The notes: generated by a model not told the origin, from the letters alone. A stretch of 64,000 nt of DNA from Massalongia carnosa (GCA_965645245.1 OZ287081.1:1736001-1800000); one strand, 5' to 3'. Shown: positions 25,787-39,336, counted from the stretch's first letter. Made by a program: numbers and translations.

Positions 25787-27199
25787 TTTGCTTGTCGAGG
25801 GAGAATTCACTAAAGAGTCAGTCATACGGATGCTACTGATATGCTAAGTCAACGCTTGCTAAGTGGGGAAACTAAGGTTCAACTAAATCCAAAAAGCCAA
25901 TGGATGCATCAGTTATTCTCACAATCAGTATCCCAGTCCCTGTTTCAAGTCTTGTTGGGATATCAAAATCCTTACTCTCGCTCGTCCGGAAGTACAGGAT
26001 GTATATACGCTCGTGTCTCAGTACTTTTGAACGGCCTGGCTAGAGTTAGATTTTATATAGGGAAAGGAACTATGAGCTACTAGGCCGAAAAGAGCTGTTA
26101 TCTTATCTCTCTCTTCAGATGGTCTAAAGGCTGTTCATAGAGAGTAAGAAAGTATAGGATCAATGAACTCGTCTAGAGCATTGTATAGTAGTTAACCAGG
26201 GTGAGCTTAAATGGGAGCTAGGCTATGATATAGGGGAGGTTTCGATGTATTCGGTTGAGTCGAGTTGGGGGAAAGGGAGAACCTTTAAGGGGGGAATCAA
26301 GTGGTGCTGTGCCTATTGCAATTACTCGACACCGAGGTAAATAATCCAGATATAAACGTCATCAGTTAAGAGGTGGTCAATTCTATGAAGACGACATCCC
26401 ACTCGATGGCTTGTGCTGACGACTGAAATAACACCACCACGGGCCCAGGATTGTTCGACTCGATTTCAGTATATGCCGTGTGATTCCTGAAGCACGAAGG
26501 TGATAAGAAAGGCATTACCGTACGAAAAGAACTCATACTTTGCCTGTCATGATAAAAGGCTGAGGTATAGCAGCTTTAACGCTAGAGGAAACTTTGATAG
26601 CAAGTACTAAGAGAAGTGAATGCCAAAGAAACATTTAGGTAAATCCGATGAAAAGATCAAGGAATGATTTATATACAAGAGCTCATGTCTTCGAGGATTT
26701 TACACCAGCAATGATAAAGGGTTAAGTGAGCTTAACGAAGATTCTAAGCCAAATAACGAAAACTAATACATAGCTAATGTCCCCCTGGCATCAATAGAAA
26801 CAGTCTTAAATGGAAAATTTAGAGTCACGCAATTCAGTTAGAGCCGAAACGGGCGAGATCAACTTATAAACCGACTATTGGTGTAGAAAAAGAGACGACG
26901 TAGCCTGTATTTACCCCCAAGAACTACATAGGGAATTAGTGCTTTTTCAGAAACATTTCGGCCTTAGTTCAGTTCCTTGTTATTCCTTGGTATTTTTGCT
27001 GGTTCGTGCAGTCTCGTTGTGTCTCTGAATGAGATTTCTGCAGGACGAGCTAAACTTTGAGCAGCGGTAAATTTTTTGTACTTGCAAGCGAAAATTTGAA
27101 ACTCGGAAGGAGTCTGCGTTGAAGCTCCAAATTTATTTGGTGGATATAGAAGTCGAGTTGGGTCAAGCAACAGCCGGTTGTACTATCAGAGACTGGTAA

Positions 27200-28000
27200 A
27201 ACTCCAAGACGCAAGTTCATCGACCAATGAAGAAACTTCCCCCGGCCAGTATTCGTAGTTAGAACATGGGGTGCAGTTTCTATTAACGAGCGCCGATGCC
27301 CAAACGGTAACCTGCAGCATGTCTTCAGGCCAATTTCAAAAACAATTTGTAAGCTTTGAAGGAAATGCCATCACGGCTTCATTATGGCCGAAAATTACCG
27401 CCAACTCCCGGGGCTGTACTCCGTATAACTTACCATCAAAGTACCTGGTTATGTTGCCGGTTGCGGCTCGTAGCACATCAATAGCCTGGGAATCAAAGGC
27501 TTTCTCTGCAGTGCTGTAAGTCCTTGGAGTCTTGCTGAGAAGCTTGACAGCGGCGACATGGCCGTTTTTAGCTGCGATATGAAGGGTTGGGATCCCGTCT
27601 GGTGGATCCGCAAAACCATCCCCCACTCACAATTGCACTGCCGATAAGAGCAAGCCAAATGCATTGCCTTGCCATCTCAATCCTTCTAGATACCGCTTGA
27701 GCGCCTTATCATCAAGAACGAAATTGAGCTTTGCGTAGCGGCGAATTCTCGCCACCAGACCGTGAAGCAGCTCTCTCCGCCTCCGCTGCTAGCGCTCGTA
27801 GGGACACGCAACATCCTTCAAGCGACAACGACATAAAGTCCCCAACATCCAAGGATCTTGTCAACACTGATGCGGACACCACGGCGCTAATGGTGGCAAA
27901 CTCTCGTTCGACAGCAGCCCGGATTGTGGGAGCATCTCGATGTTGCTGTCTCATAAGTAACGAGTCAAGTCGCTCTAACAAGTTGCTCGGCAGTTGAAAG
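27200..28000 (-). pseudogene. Ankyrin-repeat gene remnant
   Basis: Ankyrin consensus TLHIAAKNGHVAAVKLL and a second degenerate repeat PRELAVIFGHNEA in fragmented ORFs; boundaries approximate. Confidence 0.6.
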
Positions 28001-28494
28001 CGGCCCGGAGGTTCAACGTTTTTCCGCTTTACATCGTTAACTACGTTACACAGAAGACGAAGCTATTTGTTACAAGAGGACATAGATACCTTGTACCTTA
28101 TTTATATTAGTTATCATAGTTACAGAATCTGAGAGAGTATTCTCTATGTAACAAACGCTATCGCTGTCATCAGCCAGTTGATCTCGTTGGGAATCATTTC
28201 CATCCAAAAACGTCAACGACGTACTTAGCTCGAGTTGCTTACCCTCGTCCCTATCCGGACGTGTCGATGACATGTTGATGACATGGTGGTGACGTAGTAG
28301 AACTACCAGAGTCGCAATTTCGGATTTCTGTTCTACAGAATGGGAATGCATACGTGCCGTCGGCATTTCCTCCTAGACCTTTATTCTTCAAAAGGGCTAA
28401 AACCCCACCATCCGTCTCTGGAAGGTTATCTTCATATTGTCGTTCCGGAATTCAATAATTTATTCACTTGTTTGATATCACTATCATATCCATC

Positions 28495-30033
28495 ATGGCC
28501 ATGTCTCAAGCTGCGAACATGGTCGAAAGGGTCCTGGGCCATGACGATAACGCCATCACAGAGCAAAATGTGTCTAATCCTGCTCGTGACCGCCAGAAGT
28601 ATGGTGATCCGTCAGGGGAGACAATGAAGGCACTGGCATGGATGGGCAAGAACGAAGTAGAAGTTGGTACGCAGCATCTTACGGATAGGGGAGATTCCCC
28701 GAAAGTGCTAACATGGGCCCTTGCTGTAATAGTTGATACCCCGAAACCCAGGATCATTGAAGACAGGGACGTTATACTCAAAGTTACCGGCAGCACTATA
28801 TGTGGAAGCGATTTGCATCTCTACCATGGTCAGTCAGTGCTCATGAGGCCCTCTTTCCAATTCTAACCTAATTCATCAGGTACAATTGTGGAGCTCCAAA
28901 AAGGCGATATTCTCGGGCATGAATTTTGCGGCAGAGTCGAGTCGTTCGGCCCTCGTGTCAAAAACCTCCAAAAAGGCGACCGCGTCGTCGCTTCCTTCCA
29001 GATTGCATGCGGCGAGTGCATGTATTGCCAGCAGAAGCTGACCTCCCAATGTGAGCGGACCAACTCCAACAACATCCAGAACTCCATGTATGGCGGCCGT
29101 ACCGCGGGCATGTTTGGCTACTCGCATTTTACCGGTGGCTTTGCCGGTGGTCAGGCAGAATATGTGCGTGTGCCTTATGGGGACACCAACCTGTTGAAGT
29201 TGCCGGATGACGTCCCGGATGAGAAGGGCCTTTATCTCTCGGATGTTCTGGGTACATCATGGAATTGCGTGGTGGACACGGGAGTCAAGAAAGGGGACGT
29301 CGTGGCCATTTGGGGTGCCGGCCCCATTGGGCAGATGTGTGCCGAGTTTAGTTTCACCAACGGCGCGAAGCGAGTTATCTTGATCGATGGCGGCGCTGGA
29401 GCATGGCGCTTAGATTTTGTTAAGTCGAAGCTACCCAAGGTTGAGACGCTCAACTTCACCGACCTCCCCGCCGGTACGACCGTGACTTCAAAACTAAAGG
29501 AAATGGAATATGGGGGCCCAGACGTAGCCCTTGAGTGCGTTGCTGGCGAGTACGCGAAGGGATGGGCGCATTACTTTGAAATGCTGGTCGGCTTGGAAAC
29601 TGACACTTCGGAGATCATCAACGAGATGATCACCTCGGTCAAGAATTATGGCCGCTGTGGCATCACCGGCGTCTACGCTGGCTACGTAAGCTACTTCCCC
29701 TCCCCTAACGAAACGTTCAATTTCTCCCCCTTACCTCTCGAATAGACCAATCACTTCAACATCGGTGCCCTGATGGAGCGCGGCATCCGTCTTATTGGCA
29801 ATGGGCAGGCTCCCGTGCAACGTTACTGGGAAGAGCTTCTGCAGATGATCCGCGAGGGCAGGACGGATCCCTTGGCCATGGTCTCGCATCGCGTTCGCCT
29901 CGAAGAGATGGAAGAGGTGTACAAGAAATTCGACGCGCGAGCGGACAACATGCAGAAAATTTTCGTCGAGACTAAGTTTTCGGATCCCAGGGCGGAAGGC
30001 ACCCCTAAACTGACGACGTACAAGTCCAAGTGA
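28495..30033 (+). CDS. Zn-dependent MDR dehydrogenase (formaldehyde dehydrogenase-like)
   Basis: ICGSDLHLYHG, GHEFCG, CGECMYC...C structural Zn site, GGQAEYVRVP, GAGPIG. Introns 28667-28732, 28829-28879, 29686-29745. Confidence 0.95.
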
Positions 30034-33000
30034 AGGCTAGGACTAGTTGCGGAGGTTTAAGGTTGCAACTTTGGAGAAGTCGAGTGGGCTAAATTGAAGC
30101 TAGGAAGAGCTCGACAGTTCAATGATTGTTAAAATATCTTCTCGCTCATAGATACTTTCCCCAGACTCCGTCTGTCAATTGAAATGATTCCCAGCACAGT
30201 TTCGTTCTCCCCCCCGGATCCCTCCACATCCTTTCGCTTGCTCCTCCCTGGCCTATGTAGATCAACCAAGCAGTAAATAGGAAACTGGAAATGGATATCT
30301 AGACAGATATCCCATTGCTGGGATAGCAGGCCGCTCAGATAATAGAGAATGAGGAGTTTGGGGCTTGGTGTTGCTGATGACGCTTTTGCGCAAAGATGCA
30401 TGCAACGGTAGGCCAGAGATCTACATAGTTATGCAGATTGTGGCTAATATACTTGATTAACAGCTAGGTAGATAGGTATTGCTTGTTGATCTTAATCTTG
30501 TTCTCGTTCTCGTTACGTGTATGTACCCGTCTTGGCTTTGTTGTACCGATCCCGTCTTCTCTCTAGATACTGAAAGCACCGTTTCTCATTCTTCAGCTTG
30601 TGGGATTCGGCTGACTGGTATTGTGTGATAACTAGAGATTTACTATGCGTCGGCTTGGAAAAAGAAGAAGAAAAAAGAAACGAATGGTACCAACCCTTCC
30701 TGAACAGCTGCCATTCTTGTACCTCTCAATCATTGGATGAATCAATCCAGCCGCATCGACGGTTTACCCTTCTAGAAAGACAGCTGGAATACAATTGGGC
30801 TAATTGGGTAGAGATAGCTTTGCCGACGAAACTGTAAACTCTTTAAGACCTTCGCTAATTTTCACTCGTCACGCCGAATGACAGTAACGTTACGTCGACT
30901 TCTCATCCGATGTGAGTTGAACTAGCTGCTAATAATGTTCGAAATGAACCGAAGCATCTTTGCTTGTAATTACTCCTAGGCTGACCAAGGCTTGCCGACG
31001 AAGGCAATCCAACTTATATCTATATCTGAAAATACCGGCCTCATTGCCGAATTAGCGGAAGTCCCGGGGATCGATGTAACTGGCTAATGCGATGTTTCCA
31101 TTGCATTTTCTCCTCATAATTTCTATTTATTTCCCGCTTCTTCTAAGACATTCCATCCGTCCTCTATTACGTTGGATTAGGAAGTGGTTAATAAACGTGG
31201 CATGGCTAATCAATATACGAAGAATCCCCTTTGCATAAGGTTCTCACCCTTCTTAGCCAATTTTCATCAATTCAAGGAGGGAAGGCATCTATCTTTGCCT
31301 CTAGCTTACCTACCCTTAGTGGGAGCAGAGGTATCAAATCTAGAGAAACAATTTCTACTTCTTAACTCTTCTCGACCCTTCGTCTATCGTTCTCTAAATA
31401 TTGCTTTGCGTTACATGCATGCCTTCCAGCGTCATGCCGTCCTACTCTGGGCAGTCCTGCGAGCAGTTGCCCATTTTTCGAGATTCTTAGAAAGACACAT
31501 CATCTCTCCCTACTGAGGATAAATAGATGCACCGCAAGGGCGAACACCATGCATTTCAGAAACGGCAACGTTTAGGTTCAATGAATATTAGGCGACGCAT
31601 TGTTGCAGCTTGGAATATGAAAAGGTAGAAGAAAAATAGGCTAACCGCAACGTTGTTCTACAATTCGCCATCAGAAACACAAAGGTAACTACTTTCGTTA
31701 TCTCTTCTGCATTTTTTACATTAGTAGCTCAATTCTTGTCTTCGGTCATGAGTATCATCGCACCATGGAGTTATTTTTGCCTAAAACTCTACAGAAGACG
31801 TCTTTATACCTATCCCTCCCTTTTCCAACGTTCATCCAAAGCCCAGATTACCCCCCAAGTTTCGGTTTAGAGGCTAGCTTAACTGTCGCATGACGAGAAA
31901 TATCTTGCCTCCTGTTGAATATCCAATTCCTACCAGCACAATGAACACCTATCAGTACGATGAACATAGCACCTACGGCTGTCCTAGATGGACAGATCAT
32001 CTACGGAAACCGTAGATGCCGCATTAGGCTTAGTCCCAAGATAAGATAAGATCACCTCGCTTAGAAGGGGGTGACCAGTAATAGGAAAAGATTGCTGCCT
32101 AGCAACTCTTCATCCTTAACATCACGGTCATACATACCTTTATTATTACATAGCCATATAGCCATAGTCATACACCTATTTCAACACCTCCATACTGTGG
32201 ACTCGCATAACGGTTCTTCTACTTCTCTCTCTTCCAAGAAGCTAGCAAGCCTTTTTCAAGTTAGACGGCGGACTTATACGATGCTGGTGTGAAGCTACAG
32301 GCTTGATACTCGACAAAAGGTTCTTAGAGGCACGAGAAATGTTCCGGTTCTTGAATGAAAATTATTCTAGAAACCCATCGAGACAACCCCAGAGTATCAG
32401 TTCCTATACCCCCATTACGACTCTTACATTCAACGGAAAAAGTTCGAGCAGTTGCAGCCCTGGGATGCCAAAGAGCCTTTAGGGTTAGTCTCAGTCATGG
32501 AGCTCGACTACATCCAAGAGACCCTTACAGAGGACCAGCGACCCCAGCAGGAGACTTATTATAACTGTGACGAAGCGAGATAGTGAATAGATTTCTACCA
32601 TTGCGCCACCTGTCCTTCCCGACCAAAAGGCACAATACTTAGTCCGCAGACCAAGCTCTATTCTACTATAACTGGGACTCCTGCTATGTTCGCTGTAGGT
32701 CCTGCCGTCCGCACTACGCATGGTCGAACCGTTACAATAACGTCAAAGTCTATCACTCTTCCTTCTCAACGTCACTCATCCATACAGCATACGGAGATGA
32801 TTGGACATTAAAAAACTTGAAAATGGGACGCTAAGGACTTTTAAGCTCCTCGTTAGATTATTGAAAACTGAAAGAATGAATCCAGTGCTTTTCCGATACT
32901 CAAATATCATCATCTTTAAACTCCTTTCTAATCAATCCTTCGAATTAAATTGTCAAATGAGGAGTGCAGACTTGATTTTTGCGTTAACAAAGAGGGAATC

Positions 33001-33777
33001 ACTATACGCGAAAGCTGTTTTTCTATCGATTTCGAACCATACATGGAGAGCTCGCAACACGGCTGAGTTCAGGACTGCGAAAGCGTAGACTACCTTGTTT
33101 CTCGCGAAACAAATTAAGCCAACGTGAAACATTCTCTGTAACTAGCTTTTACGGGGTAGAGCGTCTTCTATAATCCATAGTATTTGCGTTGAAAGGTTCG
33201 GAGAGAGCAAGGATTACCAAAAAGAACGGCAAGCTCATGATCTCTCTCTCTTTTCCCGCCGCTTCAACTTCATCCTCGTTCTCATCTAATGAAATCTTGA
33301 ATCCGTCGGCTTTACAAGGTCCGCCCCGTCTCCTTGAAGCACAACGGAAGATCGAATTTTTAGTTGACTCTCACAATATGAGACTTCAGTTTCGTCGTCG
33401 CCAATTTCTCGCTGGAATCAATCTGTATACTTCAATGTGGTTCAACCAATTCTCGTGCATTATTATCAATTGTGTTATCAATGCAGCAATAAGGTTTAGA
33501 TGTATGCATGCTTCCTCGTGGCACAGCGCAAACAGGTGAATCTCGAAACATGCTATGAACCGTGCAAAAAGGAATGCTTCATTTTTTCGGCAAAAATCAG
33601 CCCAAAACGCCAGATCGTACCGTACACCAACTCAAGCGCATGGAGAGGTTCTACATAAAGCCTTCGCGCGGTCTCTTCCATTCCTATCCGGTGCAGATCT
33701 GTTTAACGGCTTAACTTGCCCATTGCAATCTCATCCCCATTTCCATCCTTCAAACACTATTTTCACTATTCTCCAAT

Positions 33778-34372
33778 ATGCAGCCTTCACTCTTCCTCCT
33801 GGTGGCATTCCTCTCAGCAGCCTTGGCTGCTCCTCTTGCCCAAGATCCATCATCAGAGCCGTCAAATATGGGGGAAACCATCCTTGGAGCATCCTCTAAC
33901 ACACCCGATAACTCGCCCCAATTGGTCGCATTTGGAGACTTCGCGACTCCAGCAACGAAGCCGAGCGCCAACACATACTCCGATCCAGGCGCAAACAGGA
34001 ACGACAACTTCACGCCTGGCAAGGATCTCACAACGAACTTTATTGCTAGCGGCCCCGGATCCGAAGTCGCCCTTACTTCGGGTTCCAGCACTGCAGACCC
34101 ATTGCCGGGAGCCGTGCAGGTTGGATTGAATAGCCAAGATTCGTGTGTATCGCAACCCGCCAATCTTTGAACCTCGTACTAACTTCCTATGATTTAGCGA
34201 CATCGCGCTAGGCAAGTCTGACAAAGCCGATCTCGAGAAGACGCGCACCGAGTTTAAGGCTTGGGAAAGGGAATTGGATGCAAGACACCAAAAATTAGAT
34301 GAATACCAGAAAAAGTTGGATTCGCTTTTTCTCAATTTCAACAGTGAGTGTCTTCCAAAGAAGGGTTTCTGA
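33778..34372 (+). CDS. Small secreted protein (low-complexity N-terminus, coiled-coil-like second exon); 3' end uncertain
   Basis: Signal peptide MQPSLFLLVAFLSAALAAP; intron about 34143-34197 (GTGTGT...CTAAC...TAG); exon 2 DLEKTRTEFKAWERELDARHQKLDEYQKKLD; possible further donor GTGAGT at 34344. Confidence 0.7.
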
Positions 34373-34419
34373 ACCGGAAGGGTTTGCTTGGCGCCTTGTG
34401 AAGAGCATAGTGCTCAGTA

Positions 34420-35937
34420 CGAGACAGTGCCATCTCAGACCTGAGATGTTTCGAATGAAAAAATCTAATTTACTACTACTTTTCATTTACTTACTATTTG
34501 GCTTGCTATTTTTTCATGCGAATCTCAAAATATCTCTGATTTCTGCTCCGGACATGCTTCGCTTCGCTCCGCAACGGCCCTACGCTATCTCCTCCTTGGC
34601 ACCCGCCAAAGCATCTGTCAAAGCATCTTCCAAATAGTCTCCCAGATAGCCTCCGCTGATTTTTATAAGGCCCCACATCTAGCCCCTAAATAGCCTTTCA
34701 AATAGTCTCCGCTGCTTTTCAAATAGTCTCCCAGATAGCCTCCCAAAAGCCTCCCAAAAGCCTCCCAAAAAGCCTTTCAAATAGCCTCCCAAATAGCCTT
34801 TCAATTATCTTCCAAGTATCTCTCAAATATCTCCCAAATAGTCTCCCAAATATTCCCCCAAATAGCTATCAAATAGCCTCCCAAATAGTCTCCGCTGCTT
34901 TTCAGATAGTATCTCAAATAGCCTTGCATAAAGCCTCGCATAAAGCCTCCCAAATAGCCTCCCAGATAATCTTCACCGCTTTCAAATAGTCTTCCAAATA
35001 GCCTCCCAAATAGCCTTCCAGATATTCTGCTTAGCTATCAAATAATATCCCAAATAGCCTCCCAAATAGCTTTTCAATTAGCCTCCCAAATAGTCTCCCA
35101 GATAATCTCCGCTGCTTTTCAAATAGCCTTTCAAATAGTCTCCCAAATAGTTTCCCAAATAGCTATCAGATAGCCTCTTGAATAGCCTCAATATCTATCT
35201 CCCTCGTTATCAATTTTCTTTTTCCGCCGCTTTTCGCATAGCTTCTTTAGCTTTTTGGTCTCGTGCATCTTGAATTCGTCTATTTTCTCGAAGCTGTCGA
35301 TAATGAGACACTCTAGAAGCGTAAAATTAATCGACTCCGTTTTCTCCCTTCCAACCCGGTTTTCTATTATATGTCGTTTGACGTGATTATAAGCCCGTCC
35401 GTCTCGAGTCTTATCTATATCATCGTCAATTTTTTTCGTCAAAGTATCTTCCGTTAATATTCCTGTATCGAGTTCACGTTGATATTCAGCGGTGAAAGGA
35501 GCTGCGATGAAAAGGCTAGGATGAAAAGAGCTGCGATGATAGGTAAATAACAGAAAAGCACCGTAAACCCAATCGAGTCCGCGCTAAATCTTTTATGGAC
35601 GATTTCAAAGAAAATCTGATGCTTCGCAAAGAGACCTCCTCCCCCCACCGCAAACGGGCGAAAAAGCACGCAAAGTTTCGAGATATCGACTATGGTTGAT
35701 GTGATTAGTAGGTCTGCAAAGTTTTACGATATCATACGATGAAATGAATGCTCGCAATGAGGTGCCTCTTTTTGGTCCTTTCCGTACGGCGTCCTCTCCG
35801 CATTATTTGATAACTCAGTACTGTTCCGCAAGCCGCGTGCCCTTTTTCGGGTTAAACCTAACCGCATGAGGTTGGATCTAACCGAATGAGGTAGTGTTGC
35901 CCAAAGTAGCAGGGGAACTCTTTCAGTACTATATAGA
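34420..35937 (-). mobile_element. Non-autonomous Helitron-like element, unit A
   Basis: On the minus strand: 5' TCTATATAGTACTGAAAGAG; 3' hairpin CATCTCAG-GT-CTGAGATG (34431-34448) followed by GCACTGTCTCG and then host T; no TSD or TIR. Confidence 0.75.
34630..35188. repeat. Degenerate about 12-bp minisatellite (CCCAAATAGCCT)n inside Helitron unit A
   Basis: Many imperfect copies of CAAATAGCCTCC/CAAATAGTCTCC. Confidence 0.9.
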
Positions 35938-38143
35938 CGAGACTGTGCCATCTCAGACCTGAGATTAATTTGCTACTACTTTTCATTTTCTTACTATTTG
36001 GCTTGCTATTTAGCTTGCTATTTGGCTTGCTAATTTTTCATGCGAATCTCAAAATATCTCGGATTTCTGCTCCGGACCTGCTCCGCTTCGCTCCGCAACG
36101 GCCCTGCGCCATCTCCTCCTTGACACCCGCCAAAGTATCTGTCAAAGCATCTTTCAAATAGTCTCCCAGATAGCCTCCGCTGATTGTAATAAGGCCCCAC
36201 ATCTAGCTCCTAAATAGCCTTCAAATAGTCTCTGCCACTTTTCAAATAACCTCCCTTTTTTCCCTGAAAATTCCACCTCAACATTTTTTTTGTCTGCTAC
36301 CCAGAACACCGTTTATCTACCATCTAGACCACCTTTTGTCAATCATCCAAACCATCTCTTGATCACCGTCCTGACCACCTTTTGACCACTACCCTGATCA
36401 CACTTTGATTGTCACCCGTATTACTTTTTGTCCACCCTCCAGACTATCTTCTGTCCATCGTCCAGATCAACTGACAGATCATCATCCAGACCACCTTTTA
36501 ATCATCACCAAGATCACCTTTTGTCCATCATTCAGACCCTCTTTGACCACTATTCATATCATCTTTTGTCCATCACTCATATCATCTATTGACCAACGTT
36601 CATATCATATTTTGTCCACCTGCAAGACCACCTTTTTACCTTCACTCAGACTACCTTTTGATCACTATTCAGATCCCCTTTTTTCCACCTCCCATATCAT
36701 CTTTTGTCCACCTGTCAGATCATCTTTTGCCCACCTGTCAGATTATCTTTTGTCCATCGTCTATATCATCCTTTGTCCATCGTCCATATCATCTTTTGTT
36801 CATCGTCTTGACCAACTTCTGATCATAACCCAGACCATCTTTGGTCCACCACTAATAACCTTTTTTTCACCTGTCAGGCCAACTTTTGTTCATCACCTAG
36901 ATCACCTTTTGTCCATCGTCTAGACCACCTTTTGACCACCTTTTGACCACCTTTTGACAACCTTCTGTCCATCATCTAGACCACCTTTTGTCCACCTGTC
37001 AGGCCACATTTTGTCCACCTGCCAGAGCACCTTTTGTCTACCCCTCATATCACCTTTTGATCATCGTCCAGACCACCTGCCAGACCACCTGCCAGGCTAC
37101 CTTTTGTCCACCTGCCAGACCACCTTTTGTCCACCTGCCAGACCATCTTTTGTCCACCTGTCAGACCACCTTTTATCCATCTCTCATATCAACTTTTGAT
37201 CATAATCCAGACCACCTGCCAGACCACCTGCCAGACCACCTGCCAGACCACCTGCCAGACCACCTGCCAGACTACCTTTTGTCCACCTGCCAGACCACCT
37301 TTTGTCCATGCCTCATATCAACTTTTGATTATAATCCAGATCACCTGCCAGACCACCTTTTGTCTATCACCCAGACCACCTTTTTCCTACCTGCCAGATC
37401 ACCTTTTGTCTACCGCTAATATCACCTTTTGTCCACCAGCCAGACCAACTTTTGTCTATCACTTACATCACCTTTTGATCATCCTCCAGACCACCTGCCA
37501 GACCACCTGCCCGACCAACTTTTGTCCATCACCCAGCCACCCAGACCACCTTTTGTCTATCACCCAGACTACCTTTTGTCTACCTGCCAGACTGTCTTTT
37601 GTCTATTACCCAGACCTCCTTTTGTCCCTCACCCAGACCACCTTTTGTCTACCTGCCAGACCACCTTGTGTCTACCACTAACATCATTGAATAGCCAGTA
37701 ATTAATAATGATTGAAATAAATTATGAAATAGATGAAGCAGATGATGAAGTAAATGATGAAGTAGCATCGCGTTAACAAAAAAATTATAATGTTGACATA
37801 ATCGACACTAAACTACATCGAGTCAACGTTAAACCGAATCGAGGTTTTTTGCAAGTTTGTTAGACGGACGGATTTAGCGCGGTTTTCGGGAACATCAAAA
37901 CATGAAAACCTCAAATAACGACCACCTCTCACGGCCCACAACGGGCGTAAAAGAACGTAGTTTTCGCGATACGGATTGATATCCACAGGATCAGTTGAAC
38001 TACCAAGTTTGACGAAGTGAAACGGTCCGGTACGGTGGAGGCAAGAGGTGAGTTTTTGGTCCTGTCCGCACGACGTCCTCTCCGCATTATTACTACTTCA
38101 GTACTATATAGATAGCAGGGTAACTCTTTCAGTACTATATAGA
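35938..38143 (-). mobile_element. Non-autonomous Helitron-like element, unit B (head-to-tail with unit A)
   Basis: Same 5' end, preceded by host A (38144) and duplicated internally at 38112; same 3' about 310 bp with hairpin (35950-35965); its CTCG end abuts the TC of unit A. Confidence 0.75.
36300..37690. repeat. Degenerate compound minisatellite (CCAGACCACCTG and CCAGACCACCTTTTGTCCACCTG units) inside Helitron unit B
   Basis: Perfect 12-bp run at about 37207-37270 plus many about 23-bp variants. Confidence 0.92.
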
Positions 38144-38641
38144 TACTTGACTAGATGTAAAACAACATTGCCTGTTACTTATATAGACAGTAACGTAAGT
38201 ATCGATTTGTTGTTCGCTCACAATATCCGCGGATTCTTCCCTCTACTTCATTCAGCTCATTGTGTCTCAAGATTTATGATTCTCGATGAGAAGTACTTTG
38301 TGTTTTCAACGTGATCCGTGGTGAAACCCAGCTACCCATACGGCTCGGGCAAGGAGTGTCGTCGCACATGATCCAAGAAGATTTTCGTTTGATCCCCTCG
38401 TGTGCCGTTCCTTCCTTCTTGATCATGGCAAAGTGCGCTCCAACAATAAACATGGAGAATTGCTCCGCTGCATGCCCATCCGCCTCGACTCTCCCGAGAG
38501 GTTATCTTTTTTCCCCCTTTGCATGGAATCCAATCCAGGGCTCGATGCTAATTATAAAGAGTCGTGGTTGTCCGGACTAGGGAGTTATATTTCATCTTTC
38601 ATCCTTTGTCAGTGCATACTGGGTATCTTTTTAATAAAACA

Positions 38642-39336
38642 ATGTTTTCATCCGCTCGCCTCTTGTATTCCTTCATGACACTGGGTCAAGTCCTTTTGTT
38701 CGTTCATGCAGGCCCGGCTTGCTATCCGTTCCAAACGCATGTGTGCTGTCAGGTGTTACATATCCCCTATCCTGAGTTATCCTGTCTGAAAGCAACGGAC
38801 CAAGGGGATCAATCGTGTCTTCCGAACGAAACGCGGAAATGCTGCAACAAGTACATTGTAAGTTATGTTCTCCTCGGCCATTCCGCTCCATCGCTTTTCT
38901 CTTTCGGCTCTCTTCCATTTTATTTCCGCTTTACGTTTATGTCGGGTGTTCTATGAACCTCACCCCGACCAGTTCCCCCACCCACCCTTTTCGCTCCCAA
39001 GCATCTCTAGACCCCTGCCGTGCTTACTTATTAACACGGATATAGGAAGGAACCGCTGAATTCGGCGGCTGTGAAGAAGTGCACCTTACCCCCGACCCGT
39101 CCACGAGTCCAAGCAATCTCCCAGGATCGTTCTGTACCGGTTGCGACGATTTGTCGAGAGGGAGCAACTCGTTTGGCTCCAAAAACCCATTAAATGACCT
39201 CGATGTGGAAGGAAATGTTGAGCCGGAAACGAAGCAAGTGGATAATCCTAAGCCTGTGGTTAGCCCCGGTGACGACGACGACGATCCGGCTCCTCAGTCT
39301 GAACCAGTCGTACCATGGATGCAGGACTACTTCTGA
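38642..39336 (+). CDS. Secreted 168-aa protein with N-terminal hydrophobin-like 8-Cys domain and acidic tail
   Basis: Exons 38642-38857 and 39046-39336 (GTAAGT...TTAAC...TAG); C-x7-CC-x11-C-x10-C-x7-CC-x12-C after a hydrophobic leader. Confidence 0.75.

Noticed and set aside
30900..33500. Possible decayed retroelement or gene relic
   Set aside because: No diagnostic motif, terminal repeat or TSD identified.
34630..37690. CRISPR-like or telomeric array
   Set aside because: Repeats are contiguous and degenerate with no unique spacers; eukaryotic context; not a telomere motif.
36405..37701. Long plus-strand ORFs (TTCQ/PDHL repeats)
   Set aside because: All three frames are open only because the minisatellite lacks stop codons; no gene structure.
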